From NCBI GenBank assembly GCA_963847445.1, contig CAWJZV010000007.1, forward strand, positions 160,001-224,000: a stretch of DNA of 64,000 nucleotides, in the 5' to 3' direction. A model generated the notes under the pieces. It did no database searches and was not told the DNA's origin. It saw only the letters and a list, made by a program, of their open reading frames with translations. Made by a program: the position numbers and the translations under genes. Position 1 is the first letter of the stretch; each line of letters begins with the position of its first letter. Shown piece after piece: positions 1 to 10,319 of this stretch. Source of the stretch: an uncultured delta proteobacterium. GTDB lineage: Bacteria; Desulfobacterota; Binatia; UBA9968.

Positions 1-1
1 T

Positions 2-670
2 CTACTCGATCTCGTAGCGGCCCATCCGCCCTGCGAAGGAAGCAAGCTCAAACAGATCGCCACGGAAGCGATCTTCTACTACGGACTCAAAGAAAGCATC
101 GGTATGAGCGGTGTCAAGCAAGTTGCGATTCACGAAGAGAGCGGCGGCTGGGGGCTATTCGTCATCCAGCTCAAAGCGCGCCAACCCGCCCATGCCTGGC
201 AGGCATTGAATTCCGCCGCGAGCTTAACGCCGGGTATCGGCAAAATGTTCATCGTCGTCGACGAAGACATCGATCCACACGATTTGGACGCGGTAATGTG
301 GGCGATGGTTTTTCGCGTCCAGCCGCATCGCGATATTCAAACCGTGACCGGGAGGCGGCCGATGATGGATCCCTCGGCAGTGTCACCGGCGCAGCCGGGC
401 TGGCATCACCATTACCCTGAGCCGCACGGCTCGTCCGCGTTGCTCATCAACGCCCTCAGAAAATGGAACTACCCGCCCGTAGCATTGCCCGCCAAAGAAT
501 ACATGGAGAGCGCCCGGCGGTTATGGGAAGAACTGGAATTGCCGCCTTTAAAACCGAAATCGCCTTGGCATGGCTACGAACTGGGCCATTGGCCGGAAGA
601 ATTGCGCAAGGCGGCGGCGGCAGTGGCGGCGGGGCAGGAACCTGAGGAAACTGTCAAAAAGGAGTCGTGA
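2..670 (+). CDS. UbiD-family (prFMN-dependent) decarboxylase, C-terminal part (5' end outside window)
   Basis: Frame open from base 2; UbiD C-terminal motifs K-x-FIVVDEDIDP-x-D-x3-V-x-WA and R-x-QP-x-RD, plus DPS. Confidence 0.8.
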   Translation, partial: LLDLVAAHPPCEGSKLKQIATEAIFYYGLKESIGMSGVKQVAIHEESGGWGLFVIQLKARQPAHAWQALNSAASLTPGIGKMFIVVDEDIDPHDLDAVMWAMVFRVQPHRDIQTVTGRRPMMDPSAVSPAQPGWHHHYPEPHGSSALLINALRKWNYPPVALPAKEYMESARRLWEELELPPLKPKSPWHGYELGHWPEELRKAAAAVAAGQEPEETVKKES

Positions 671-1665
671 ACATGACATCAACCAAACTAGCTTGTTTGT
701 CCGTGTTTCTTGCCACTACCATGATCATATTTCTTTTCGGCGCTCAGCCATCGACGGCTGTTGACGACGTGAAAGTTCATACCTCGGGAAGCACCAGCGC
801 CAATGTGCTAATTTACAAAATCGCCCAGGAGCGCGGATTTTATAAAGAAGAAAACCTCAATGTTCTGACGATCGCGGCGACTTCGTCCGCGGGCATCCAA
901 GGACTCGTGGGCGGCAGCTTTGACTTCAGCCAAATCCTAGGCCAGACCTCCGCCGCGATCTTGCACGGCGCGCCGCTAAAAAATGTGATGGTATTCGACA
1001 CCCGGCCGCTCTTTTGGTTCTTCGGCGGCAAGAAGGTCAGGCGCCTGCAAGATTTGAAGGGCGGCAAGCTGATCGGCGTCTCCAGTCTCGGCGCCAATAC
1101 CGATCAAATGACCCGCGAGGTTCTCGCGCTTAACGGCATCGATCCGCGCAAGGACGTAGTGATTCAAGGGACCGGGACCGGCGCGATCCGATTGGCCGCG
1201 CTGCTCGGCGGTAGCCTCGACGCCGCGATCACCAATCCCACAGAGAGCATCATAGCGCGCAAGCAAGGGCTTAACGAGCTTTTCTTCTACGGCGATTATG
1301 ATCTGAACATCGTTTCCGGTGGGGCCGCTCTCACGGAGCGAATGCTTAAAGAAAAACCTGATCTTGTTCGGCGTTTTCTTCGTGCTACGGTGAGGGCGCT
1401 GCTCTGGTTTCGCGCGAACGAGAAAGAAGCGGTCACGCGGATGGCTGAAGGATTCAAGATTTCGCGCGACGACGCTCTCGGGATCTACAAAGCGACTCTG
1501 AAGAGCTATACGCAGGACGGCACGATCTCGCGCGAGACCCAAGAGAAAATTATCAGTTTTCAGCGCAAGCAGCTTAAAGCGGAGAAAGAAATCACACCCG
1601 AGAACGTATATGATTTCACGATACTCCGGGCGATCAATGACGAACTCAAGAAGGCAGGACGATAA
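667..1665 (+). CDS. ABC transporter substrate-binding protein, NMT1/THI5/SsuA-like
   Basis: Signal peptide; A-x-E-x-GF-x-KEE-x-L and DLKG-x-K-x-IGVSSLG motifs; 332 aa. Confidence 0.8.
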   Translation: MNMTSTKLACLSVFLATTMIIFLFGAQPSTAVDDVKVHTSGSTSANVLIYKIAQERGFYKEENLNVLTIAATSSAGIQGLVGGSFDFSQILGQTSAAILHGAPLKNVMVFDTRPLFWFFGGKKVRRLQDLKGGKLIGVSSLGANTDQMTREVLALNGIDPRKDVVIQGTGTGAIRLAALLGGSLDAAITNPTESIIARKQGLNELFFYGDYDLNIVSGGAALTERMLKEKPDLVRRFLRATVRALLWFRANEKEAVTRMAEGFKISRDDALGIYKATLKSYTQDGTISRETQEKIISFQRKQLKAEKEITPENVYDFTILRAINDELKKAGR

Positions 1666-1667
1666 CC

Positions 1668-2663
1668 GTGGTTTTTTTTCAACGAGTTAGTTTCATTTTG
1701 TTGGTTTTATTACTAGCCCGCGTCGCTCCGATCCACGCCCAGAAGCTTGAAAAACTCGTGATCGGCTACCCGGCCCCGGTGGCGTCGCTGGGGATTATCG
1801 ACGTCATGCGCAAAGGCGGCCTGTTCAAAAAGAACGGGCTCGACGTCGATATCGTTTACATACAAGGCAGCCCGATCTTGACCACCGCGATGGTTTCCGG
1901 CCAGGTGCCCATGGCGTTTCTCGGCGGCGCGGCTCTCGTCGCATCCGCCGTCGGCGGCGCCGACACCGTTTATCTCGCTTGCGGTATCAACACGCTCTAT
2001 TGGCGCTTTTTCACGACGCCCGATATCAAGACCGTCTCGGACCTTAAAGGCAAAAAACTGGGCGTCACCACCATCGGCTCGCAAGAAGACAGCGTCGTAC
2101 GCTTTATCCTCAGAGAGCGCGGCCTCATTCCCGATCGTGACTTCGGCGTGGTCGCGGTGGGCGGCGCGCCTACGCGCTTGGCCGCCTTGAGCAAAGGCGT
2201 GATCCAAGGCTCCACATTCATCCCGCCCCAGGATATCGCCGCCGAGAGGCTCGGGCTCAATCCGCTCATCGATATGAGCAAGCTCGGCCTTTACAACCCC
2301 GGCAGTTGCTTCGCCAGCACCAAGACCTATATCAGAACGCATCGCGACACCGTGATGAAGGTCATGAAGGCTTTCGTCGAAGGGTTGCGCTACTACAAAG
2401 ACAATCGAGAGTTTGTCTTGAAGGTCACCGCCGACTTCGCGCAGAACCGCGATCCCGACGTGCTCAAACCGACTTATGACGTCGTCACGCGCTACCAGGA
2501 CCGAGTTCCCTACGTCAACATGAAGGGCATCGAGTTCATGCTTAAAACCCTGGAGGCTCGCGATCCGCGCGCTAAGACTTTCGATCCAGCTAGCGTCGTC
2601 GACGCAAGCTTCATTCAGGAGTTGGAAAAGACTGGCTTCGTCGACGCGGTGTGGAAGAAATAA
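1668..2663 (+). CDS. ABC transporter substrate-binding protein, NMT1/THI5/SsuA-like
   Basis: Signal peptide ending A-x-A; GLFKKNGLDV and DLKGKKLGVT motifs. Confidence 0.85.
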   Translation: MVFFQRVSFILLVLLLARVAPIHAQKLEKLVIGYPAPVASLGIIDVMRKGGLFKKNGLDVDIVYIQGSPILTTAMVSGQVPMAFLGGAALVASAVGGADTVYLACGINTLYWRFFTTPDIKTVSDLKGKKLGVTTIGSQEDSVVRFILRERGLIPDRDFGVVAVGGAPTRLAALSKGVIQGSTFIPPQDIAAERLGLNPLIDMSKLGLYNPGSCFASTKTYIRTHRDTVMKVMKAFVEGLRYYKDNREFVLKVTADFAQNRDPDVLKPTYDVVTRYQDRVPYVNMKGIEFMLKTLEARDPRAKTFDPASVVDASFIQELEKTGFVDAVWKK

Positions 2664-2671
2664 TTTCACGA

Positions 2672-2746
2672 GCGTGAGGGGTGAACGGTGAGGAGTGAGA
2701 GGGCCTCTCACAACTCCTCACTACTTACACCTAACCCCTTACGCCT
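2672..2746. repeat. Degenerate 7-mer repeats (GTGAGGR ... CCTCAC) forming an imperfect hairpin
   Basis: gtgaggggtgaacggtgaggagtgaga followed by complementary ctcacaactcctcactacttacacctaaccccttac. Confidence 0.5.
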
Positions 2747-2760
2747 TGACCTAACAAGAA

Positions 2761-4278
2761 ATGAATATCGGCGAATCGTTACCGCGCAACGCGCAACACT
2801 TTCCCGACAAGCGGGCCATCGTCGACGCGCATCGAACGGTCACCTATAGAGAATTCCACGAGCGCACGAATCGATTAGCGAATTACTTGCTCGTTCAGGG
2901 CGTCACCAGAGGCGACCTGGTTGGGCTTTCCTGCGGCAGCCGCGCTGAGCATTTCGAAGCGCTGTTCGCCGTGGCCAAGATCGGCGCCATCGCTGTGCCC
3001 TTCGATTTCAACTGGAGTGGGCAAGAGTGTGCTGCGATGCTGCGCTTCTTCGCCCCTAAAGCTTTCTTTCTGGAAAAACGCAAGGAAACCGAGGCGCTGA
3101 AGACCCTCACTCGGCAACACATCGAACCCAGCAGGGTCATCGTCGTTGCGGATAGCGGCGATCAGAACAGCATCTCCTTCGAAGAAGCCATTGAACAAGG
3201 ATGGCCCAGCGATCCCGAAGTTCAAGTTCAGGGTTTGGATCCGTTCCTGCTCATGATCACGTCCGGCACCACGGGATTTCCCAAGGCGTGCAGCATTAAC
3301 CACGAGACCTACTCGTTGCGCTGCATGAACTACGGCATGACCAAGGGCATGCACAAAGACGAGCGCGCGCTCATGACGCTACCGGTTCACTTCAACGCCG
3401 GCCGCGGCTCGGTCATGAGCATTTTGTATCTCGGCGGCACGATTTTCATCCAAGAGAAGTTCGACGCGGAAACATTTTTGCAAACCATCGAGGAAGAAAA
3501 GATCACCTACACGATGCTCGTACCGACTTTGTGCGAGCGCTTGCTGCGCCATGAACGGCTGGATCAATATCAAACGTCTTCGCTCCGCTACCTCGGCATC
3601 ACCGGCGGCCATCTTTCGGGGGAATTGGCCCGCGAGACGAGACAGAGGTTGTGCGCCGATCTCTTTGAAGCCTACGCCTCTACCGATTGCGGCCAGATCA
3701 CCACCATCGGTCAAGAAGATTGGGAAACCCACGGCGACACCGTCGGCAAACCGATCTGGTGCGTCCTCGTGCGCATAGCCGACGACGACAGCCGCGAATT
3801 TCCGCTCGGGAAAGAAGGCGAAGTCTGCGTCCGCACTCCTCTGGCGATCCAAGGCTATTACCAAAACCCTCAGTCCACGGAAGAATTCCTCCAAGGCGGC
3901 TGGTGCCATACAGGCGATATCGGCTTCGTCGACGACCAGGGCTACCTGCACATCTCAGGCCGCAAGAAAAACATGGTAAAAAGCGGCGGTATCAGCGTCT
4001 TCCCCGAGGAGATCGAAGACATCCTACGCAAACATCCCGACGTGGCCGACGCCGCGGTGATCGGCTTCAAAAGCGCAGAATGGGGCGAAGCGCTGAAAGC
4101 TTTCGTAATTCTAAATCCCGGCGCGAACTGCGGCGCCGACATACTTATTCAGTTCTGCAAGCAATCACTGGCGCCGTACAAAGCGCCCAAGGCCGTGGAA
4201 TTTCTCTCATCTCTGCCGCGCACCGGGCTTGGCAAGATCGATCGGGGAAAGTTAGGAGCAATGACCTGGACTAAGTGA
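2761..4278 (+). CDS. AMP-dependent acyl-CoA synthetase/ligase (class I adenylate-forming enzyme)
   Basis: TSGTTGFPK P-loop, YASTD, HTGDIG, GRKKNMVKSGG, LPRTGLGKIDR. Confidence 0.92.
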   Translation: MNIGESLPRNAQHFPDKRAIVDAHRTVTYREFHERTNRLANYLLVQGVTRGDLVGLSCGSRAEHFEALFAVAKIGAIAVPFDFNWSGQECAAMLRFFAPKAFFLEKRKETEALKTLTRQHIEPSRVIVVADSGDQNSISFEEAIEQGWPSDPEVQVQGLDPFLLMITSGTTGFPKACSINHETYSLRCMNYGMTKGMHKDERALMTLPVHFNAGRGSVMSILYLGGTIFIQEKFDAETFLQTIEEEKITYTMLVPTLCERLLRHERLDQYQTSSLRYLGITGGHLSGELARETRQRLCADLFEAYASTDCGQITTIGQEDWETHGDTVGKPIWCVLVRIADDDSREFPLGKEGEVCVRTPLAIQGYYQNPQSTEEFLQGGWCHTGDIGFVDDQGYLHISGRKKNMVKSGGISVFPEEIEDILRKHPDVADAAVIGFKSAEWGEALKAFVILNPGANCGADILIQFCKQSLAPYKAPKAVEFLSSLPRTGLGKIDRGKLGAMTWTK

Positions 4279-4994
4279 ATCGCGCGCTTGTCGAAAACCT
4301 TTACGTAGAACTCCGGTTTATTCCGTTTCCTCTCTCGAAAAGTCTAGAACCTTGGTACTTTTGAGGACCCTCCTTCACCATACGAAGAAACCCTACGACA
4401 AGTCCTTAACAGGCCGGCGTTTGCCTGCGTGCCGTGCTTAATTAATTTTCCAAAACCGGTGATTACAATTGTTGCAACGAAATGGCCGAAACAAAAGGAG
4501 ACTAAGAACCTTCTCGATTAGGTTCGCACGGTGAGATTTTCTCACGTCCCTGCCGGCTTGGTTGGAAGAGACATGCGTGGGCCAGTGAAGCAAAAGTTCC
4601 CGGCGCTGTCAGGTGCCAAGAAATACCCAGCATTACGAGAACCCGAAACGTCCGATAACCGATAGGGGATGTCAATAAGGAGGCTATGGTTCAAGCTAGA
4701 TTGATATGACTTAACTTTATCCTCAAACCCCGTACCTACATCACCACCACGCGCGTTTTGAGTTTTCCTTTGGCTGCGCGTTCGAGAAGCTTATCGATTT
4801 TTTTCTGAACCAGTCGGTAGCAAAAGAATTTAACTGTAGGAGACCTCAATTCGAACAGGAGAACAATTCATGAGCCACGAAAACGGCATCACGACGTTTT
4901 TGTCCTTTGCGCGCAGCACTTGACGACGAATCGTTATAGGGGGTTCTCGTGCCCCAGACCTGTTCACGAGCGATTGATCGAAGCGAAAGGGATC

Positions 4995-5150
4995 AAGTCC
5001 GCTTATTGCTCTTTACTTTAACAAAGCCGCCTCAATCCTTCGTACTCGCCGGGCAAGCTTTTTTTCCTGGCCTGTCCCGCGGTGGCGCGGTAAGCCGTGG
5101 CAGGAAATTACCTGCGCGCTACGATGCCCTGCGCAGCTTTTCAAATAAGC
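4995..5150 (-). pseudogene. 3' remnant of RAYT-like transposase (HTH/DnaA-C-like tail)
   Basis: Reverse strand reads QEKKLARRVRRIEAAL; near copies at 20344-20414 and 23232-23265. Confidence 0.5.
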
Positions 5151-5213
5151 GATTGCACCCGACGGCGCCGGTTTGTTAGGTTGACGCTCGGTTCTTCCGG
5201 AGAGGGGTGAATC

Positions 5214-7253
5214 ATGCGCTCGCGGCGAAAGTCAAAAGGTTCAAATAAAAGGGCGGCAAAGAAAACTGCCTTCCGCGTGGAAGAGGCGACGATTACCGCA
5301 GTGCATCGGGCGTTTCGCGCCAAGAAGCTGACAGCAGCGGAGCTCGTGAGTCGCTATTTCGAGCGCATCAGGGCCCATAACGGCGTCTGCGTCGGCGGCG
5401 ATGTCGATGCCGCCACCGGACTGCAACTGGGAGACATTACGCCGATCCCGAACGCCGGGCAGCTCAATGCCTTCATCACTCTGAATCTGCAAGAAGACAA
5501 GCGCATCAAGCTCGGTTTTCCCGAGAAACTGAAACGAACTCACACCGGGCGCGATGACGCAAAATATCCCGACGCGCTGGATCGGGCGCGCGAGCTCGAC
5601 CGTTATTTCGCCCGCACCGGCAAATTTGCCGGCCCGCTCCACGGCATCCCGATCGCGATCAAGGACAACTACGATACTTTCGACATGCGCACGACGGCGG
5701 CAGCGGCGGCGCAGTACGCCGACGATCGCCCGCCCGACGACGCCACCATGGTCGCCAAGCTGCGCGCGGCCGGCGCGATCCTTCTCGGCAAGACCAACAT
5801 GGACGAGTACGCTCCCGCGGGAATTGCCCGCAGCGCCTTCGGCGGTCAGACCTGCAATCCTTACGATACGACTAGGATACCCGGGGGATCGAGCGGCGGC
5901 TCGGCCGCGGCGGTGGCGGCCAACCTCGCCATGTGCGCCCTGGGCACGGACACATCCGGCTCGGTGCGCTTTCCGTCATCGTGCTGCAGTCTGGTCGGCC
6001 TGGTCGCGACCCAAGGGCTGGTCAGCCGCGACGGCATCGTGCCGCTGTCATTTACCAGGGACCGCGGCGGCCCGATCTGCCGCACCGTGCAAGACACGGC
6101 GATCCTTCTGGAAGTGCTCGCCGGCTACGATCCCAAAGATCCGGTCACGGCGGCTTGCGCCGCGCAGCCCAGGCTTTCGTATGCGCGGTTTGCCGGTGGA
6201 AAATCGCTGCGCGGAAAAAGGCTGGGGGTGCTGCGCGATCTGATGATCGAAGCGAGCGTCGCCGATCGCGACCCGATTCGCGTCGCCAACGAGGCGATCG
6301 CCGATATGAAAAAGGCCGGCGCGACGATTGTCGATCCGGTGAACGTCGACAAAGCAATCGCCGATCTGGTTCCCTATCTCGAGCCCGGCTGGCTGGCGAG
6401 AAATTTCCCCGCGGCGTTTCCGGAGTCCGCCAAGCCCATCGACCGGATCGTGTCGATGGCCTTCGATCACGCCCTGATTCCCGCCGGCGCCCGCGGCGTG
6501 AACCTGCGCATGCTCGCCGCGCAGCCGCGCGGCCACGAAGCGCACTACGCGATCAATCGCTACCTGCGCGAGCGCGGCGATGCGAAGTTCAAAAATCTTG
6601 AAGACATGCTCGCCATGCCGATGTTTTCCGGCAGCCTGGATAATTTCAAGAGAGCGTTCAGCGACGATGCCGCTACTTTGGACACGCCGGCGCAAATGGA
6701 TCATCTGGTGCGCATGCAGAGCTTGCGGCTGATCATTCTCCAAGTCATGGCGGAAAACAGTCTCGACGCGCTGGTTTACGCCTACACGACGATCCCGCCG
6801 CACATCATCTTGCCCAACCGCCTGGCGAAAACCGTGGAGACGCGGACCGAGCCGAAAATTCTCAAAGCCGGGACGGTCATGTCCGATCCGACGCTGATAC
6901 CCGGCGAGCCGGTGCTGCAATCCGACCTCGACACCTACAGAGGTTCGGGCTCGAGCTTTGCGGTCAGTCTCAGCCCCGAGACCGGCTTTCCGGCCATCGT
7001 CGTGCCGGCCGGATTCACCCGAGAAGTCTATGATCGCGTGCCGGACGATCGAGATCCCAACGGCAGCCGGTTGGAAGGGCCGAAAAAAGTCGAGCTGCCC
7101 GTTGCTTTGGAATTCCTCGCTCGCCCCTTCGATGAAACAACGCTCTTCGCGATCGCCTCAGCGTTTGAAAGCATCAAACGACACCGCCGCCCACCGCCCG
7201 GATTCGGCGAGCTTGTCGATGGACCTACGAGAACGACCACTGGAAAATTTTAA
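5214..7253 (+). CDS. Amidase-signature family protein
   Basis: PLHGIPIAIKDN, GKTNMDE, GGSSGGSAAAVAA, GTDTSGSVRFPS (Lys-cisSer-Ser triad). Confidence 0.9.
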   Translation: MRSRRKSKGSNKRAAKKTAFRVEEATITAVHRAFRAKKLTAAELVSRYFERIRAHNGVCVGGDVDAATGLQLGDITPIPNAGQLNAFITLNLQEDKRIKLGFPEKLKRTHTGRDDAKYPDALDRARELDRYFARTGKFAGPLHGIPIAIKDNYDTFDMRTTAAAAAQYADDRPPDDATMVAKLRAAGAILLGKTNMDEYAPAGIARSAFGGQTCNPYDTTRIPGGSSGGSAAAVAANLAMCALGTDTSGSVRFPSSCCSLVGLVATQGLVSRDGIVPLSFTRDRGGPICRTVQDTAILLEVLAGYDPKDPVTAACAAQPRLSYARFAGGKSLRGKRLGVLRDLMIEASVADRDPIRVANEAIADMKKAGATIVDPVNVDKAIADLVPYLEPGWLARNFPAAFPESAKPIDRIVSMAFDHALIPAGARGVNLRMLAAQPRGHEAHYAINRYLRERGDAKFKNLEDMLAMPMFSGSLDNFKRAFSDDAATLDTPAQMDHLVRMQSLRLIILQVMAENSLDALVYAYTTIPPHIILPNRLAKTVETRTEPKILKAGTVMSDPTLIPGEPVLQSDLDTYRGSGSSFAVSLSPETGFPAIVVPAGFTREVYDRVPDDRDPNGSRLEGPKKVELPVALEFLARPFDETTLFAIASAFESIKRHRRPPPGFGELVDGPTRTTTGKF

Positions 7254-7429
7254 ACGGTTTGAACAGAGCGCAGCGGTTGAACGACCTACTGTTGCCAGTT
7301 GCGCACAAAGAATAGCTCAATACTTATGGTAGAATTCGTTGCTGCCCGTGCAACTGATTCAAGTATTGACCTGAGCCCTGCGCTGTGACTGTAGTGATTT
7401 TTTACGTCACCCCATATGGGAGGAAAACA

Positions 7430-8572
7430 ATGAAGCGCAGCACCGAGCAAATTCTCACCACCCACACCGGCAGTCTGCCCCGTCCCACCGATCTGGTGGA
7501 AATGGTGCTGTGCAAGGAGGAGAAGCAGCCGGTGGATGAGGACGCCTTTGCCACGCGGGTTCGCTCTGCTGTGGCGGAGGTCGTGCGTCGGCAGTTCGAG
7601 ATCGGCGTCACCGTCCTCAACGACGGCGAGCAGGGTAAGCCAGGCTACTCCATCTACATGAAGGACCGCTTGACCGGCTTTGGCGGTGAAAGTAGCGGGA
7701 TCTCCAACCCAGGGGAAGCAAAGGATTTCCCGGAGTACACTGCGCGCCGCATGGAACGAACGGGCCCCAAGCGCCCCGCGTGCATCGGCCCGATTGCCTG
7801 GAAGGATCGCGACGCCGTGCGCAAGGAGATCGATAATTTGCAGGCTGCTGTCAAAGCGGTCAAGGCCGAAGAGGTCTTCATGACCGCCGCCTCGCCGGGC
7901 GTGGTGCCGAGTTTCATGAAAGACCAATACTACGGCAGCGAGGAGAAGTATTTATACGCCTTGGCGGACGCCTTGAAAGAGGAATACGACGCGATCCATC
8001 GCGCCGGCTTTGTGCTCCAGGTGGATTGCCCCGACTTGGGATCGAGCCGCCACAACCGGTTTTCCCATCTGAGTACTAAAGAGTTCAAGAAAATCGCCGA
8101 ACTGCACGTGACGGCTCTCAATCACGCCTTGCGCGACATTCCAGCGGATCGGGTGCGCCTGCACATGTGCTGGGGCAACTACGAAGGGCCGCACCACCTC
8201 GACATCCCGCTTGCCGACATCATCGATGTGGCGCTCAAGGCCAATGTCGGCGCGCTTTCCTTCGAGGGCGCCAACGCCAGGCACGAGCATGAGTGGGTCG
8301 TTTTCAAGGAAGTATCTCTCCCCGATGGCATGGTCATCATTCCGGGCGTCATCGACTCCACGACCAACTTCATCGAACACCCCGAGCTTGTCGCCCAGCG
8401 AATCGTCCGGTACGCCGAAGTCGTCGGGCGCGAAAACGTCATCGCAGGCACAGACTGCGGCTTCGGCACCTTCGTGCGCACCGAGTCGACCATCGACCCG
8501 CGCATCGCCTGGGCTAAGCTCAAGTCGCTGGCCGACGGCGCGGCCATCGCCTCGAAGAAACTTTGGCAGTAG
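7430..8572 (+). CDS. Cobalamin-independent methionine synthase II family protein (single-barrel MetE-like)
   Basis: TTHTGSLPRP, NDGEQGK, H-x-CWGN, GTDCGF Zn ligands; GGAGG RBS before ATG 7430. Confidence 0.9.
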   Translation: MKRSTEQILTTHTGSLPRPTDLVEMVLCKEEKQPVDEDAFATRVRSAVAEVVRRQFEIGVTVLNDGEQGKPGYSIYMKDRLTGFGGESSGISNPGEAKDFPEYTARRMERTGPKRPACIGPIAWKDRDAVRKEIDNLQAAVKAVKAEEVFMTAASPGVVPSFMKDQYYGSEEKYLYALADALKEEYDAIHRAGFVLQVDCPDLGSSRHNRFSHLSTKEFKKIAELHVTALNHALRDIPADRVRLHMCWGNYEGPHHLDIPLADIIDVALKANVGALSFEGANARHEHEWVVFKEVSLPDGMVIIPGVIDSTTNFIEHPELVAQRIVRYAEVVGRENVIAGTDCGFGTFVRTESTIDPRIAWAKLKSLADGAAIASKKLWQ

Positions 8573-8604
8573 CGGACAACCCGGTTATGGGCAGGGTCAG
8601 GATG

Positions 8605-8778
8605 ACCCCATCAATCAGTAGGCATGGATCTCGATTTCCAGTGCCGGGCGATCTCGGCGAGTAAGTCGAGAAAAGTTTGCCGTCCTTTATCTTCCAGAAA
8701 GATGTCCCGGCGCGATTAGCCACGATTGATCACGTGGTAGAACGCCCCGGAGTATTCAATACGCAGCGGTCGGGCCAT
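8605..8778 (-). pseudogene. 5' remnant of REP-associated tyrosine transposase (RAYT, IS200/Y1 HUH family)
   Basis: Reverse strand reads MARPLRIEYSGAFYHVINRG*SRRDIFLEDKGRQTFLDLLAEIARHWK..IHAY*LM, the typical RAYT N-terminus, with stops and truncated before the HUH motif. Confidence 0.8.
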
Positions 8779-9122
8779 GCGGATCGTTTATTTCATGCCC
8801 AGTCGTCGGTCAAGAGCTAAACGTAGACTTGAGACCCCTTTGTCGCTCCCATTCACCATTCCAGATCGGGATTGTGAGTGGAACTGGAAGCCATTTTTGA
8901 GGGGTGAGAAATAATCGATCATTATATTATAAGGACTATAACTCTATGGTTATGATCGAAGCCATGGTGCGAAATTAGAACTGTTAAGGTATATTACTTC
9001 GAGTCCTGAACAGATAAGCAGCTTTCAAAGCGCTTTGGCTCCATAGAGATTGAGACTTCCCTTCACGGATTAAGTACGATATGCGATGGTCGATAGGATC
9101 GACGTTTCGCTGAATTGAGACA

Positions 9123-9866
9123 ATGGCTGAGCGTGAAATTTTTCCAAGGGCCCCTATTACCGAAGCCTTACTAGACATTCGTGTTAGCTTGTCGGATGCC
9201 GTCAATCTTGATCAGCTAGTGGCCTTTCAAGATTGTGTTCGGGATCGCTACCCGAATAAGCGAGATAGAAAATTATGGAAAGGAAGCCTTCAATTTGGTA
9301 CGGATGGGCCACAGTTGTCTGACAAGTCAGGAGGAACAGATGGGTACTTTTTTTCATCCTCCGACGGAAAGAACATTGTTCAGTGTCGCCTAGATGGATT
9401 TACCTTTAATCGATTGAAACCTTATGACAGGTGGGAGACCTTTCGTGATGAAGCCTTACACTTATGGGAGTTCTATAAGGCCATCGCGCAACCAACTCAG
9501 ATCATACGAGTTGCCTTGCGTTACATTAATCGTATCGAAATACCCGTACCATTCAGAGATTTCAAAGATTATGTTCTTACCGGACCTGAGATAGCACCCG
9601 GGTTACCACAGGGATTAGCTGGATTTTTCTTGCAATTGCGACTGCCAGCCGCTGACGCGGCTACACAGATTGTAGTTACAGAAACGATGGAGCCACTCAC
9701 TGAGACAAGACGACTCCCATTCATATTGGATATTGACGTTTTTAGAGAAGCAGCTTATGACGTTGACGAACCAGCATCTTGGGAGATGCTAGAAGAATTG
9801 CACGATCTTAAGAACGACGTATTCTTTAAAAGTATAACTGCCAAAGCACGGGAGCTTTTTCGATGA
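9123..9866 (+). CDS. TIGR04255-family protein
   Basis: F-x2-APITEALLDIR, Y-x2-WETF, RVALRYINRI, ILDID motifs; 247 aa. Confidence 0.8.
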   Translation: MAEREIFPRAPITEALLDIRVSLSDAVNLDQLVAFQDCVRDRYPNKRDRKLWKGSLQFGTDGPQLSDKSGGTDGYFFSSSDGKNIVQCRLDGFTFNRLKPYDRWETFRDEALHLWEFYKAIAQPTQIIRVALRYINRIEIPVPFRDFKDYVLTGPEIAPGLPQGLAGFFLQLRLPAADAATQIVVTETMEPLTETRRLPFILDIDVFREAAYDVDEPASWEMLEELHDLKNDVFFKSITAKARELFR

Positions 9867-10318
9867 GACTTGCCGAGTCTGCAAAATGGACATCACCAAC
9901 TAGATGGGCTTCGTATCCCCACTTTATGTTCGACATGAATAATGAAGGGGTGGGGGCTGACGCGTTGGCGCTGGCCCTGCGGGTCATTGATGCTGAAGCA
10001 CATTACCGTTTTCCGCTGACACGCGAGACGATTATGGACCGGTTTTACTCACTTGTAAGTGAGTGGCAGACCGACACACAGTTAATCTCGTCCACGACGA
10101 ATATGGTTTTGCACAAAGCGTATCAAGAAATTATCGGACTGGGGCCAGTGATTATTCCGTTACTCCTTCGGGAACTTCAAAATAAACCTGATCACTGGTT
10201 TGCCGCCCTAAAGGCTTTGACAGGTGTCGACCCCGTCGCGCCCTCTGATCGCGGGCGGCTAGGAGCAATGACAGCCGCGTGGTTAGAGTGGGGGCGAAAT
10301 CAAGGCTACACCTGGTAG
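9863..10318 (+). CDS. Conserved hypothetical protein (short helical, HEAT-like C-terminus)
   Basis: ATGA overlap with upstream gene; SSTTNMVLHKAYQEIIGLG-x3-IPLLLREL..HWF-x-AL-x2-LTG-x-DP..AWLEWG. Confidence 0.7.
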   Translation: MRLAESAKWTSPTRWASYPHFMFDMNNEGVGADALALALRVIDAEAHYRFPLTRETIMDRFYSLVSEWQTDTQLISSTTNMVLHKAYQEIIGLGPVIIPLLLRELQNKPDHWFAALKALTGVDPVAPSDRGRLGAMTAAWLEWGRNQGYTW

Positions 10319-10319
10319 G

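Noticed and set aside
1713-2711. Long antisense or alternative-frame ORFs (also 6048-6920, 37497-38300, 46702-48015, 53189-54124)
   Set aside because: Shadows of well-supported genes, typical of GC-rich codon usage; no recognisable motifs
4560-4630. Glycine riboswitch-like words (ggaagagac..gaagcaa..tcaggt)
   Set aside because: Core GGAGA/CCGAAG/CUCUCAGG and stems not properly matched, and no suitable downstream gene; an Infernal search would settle it
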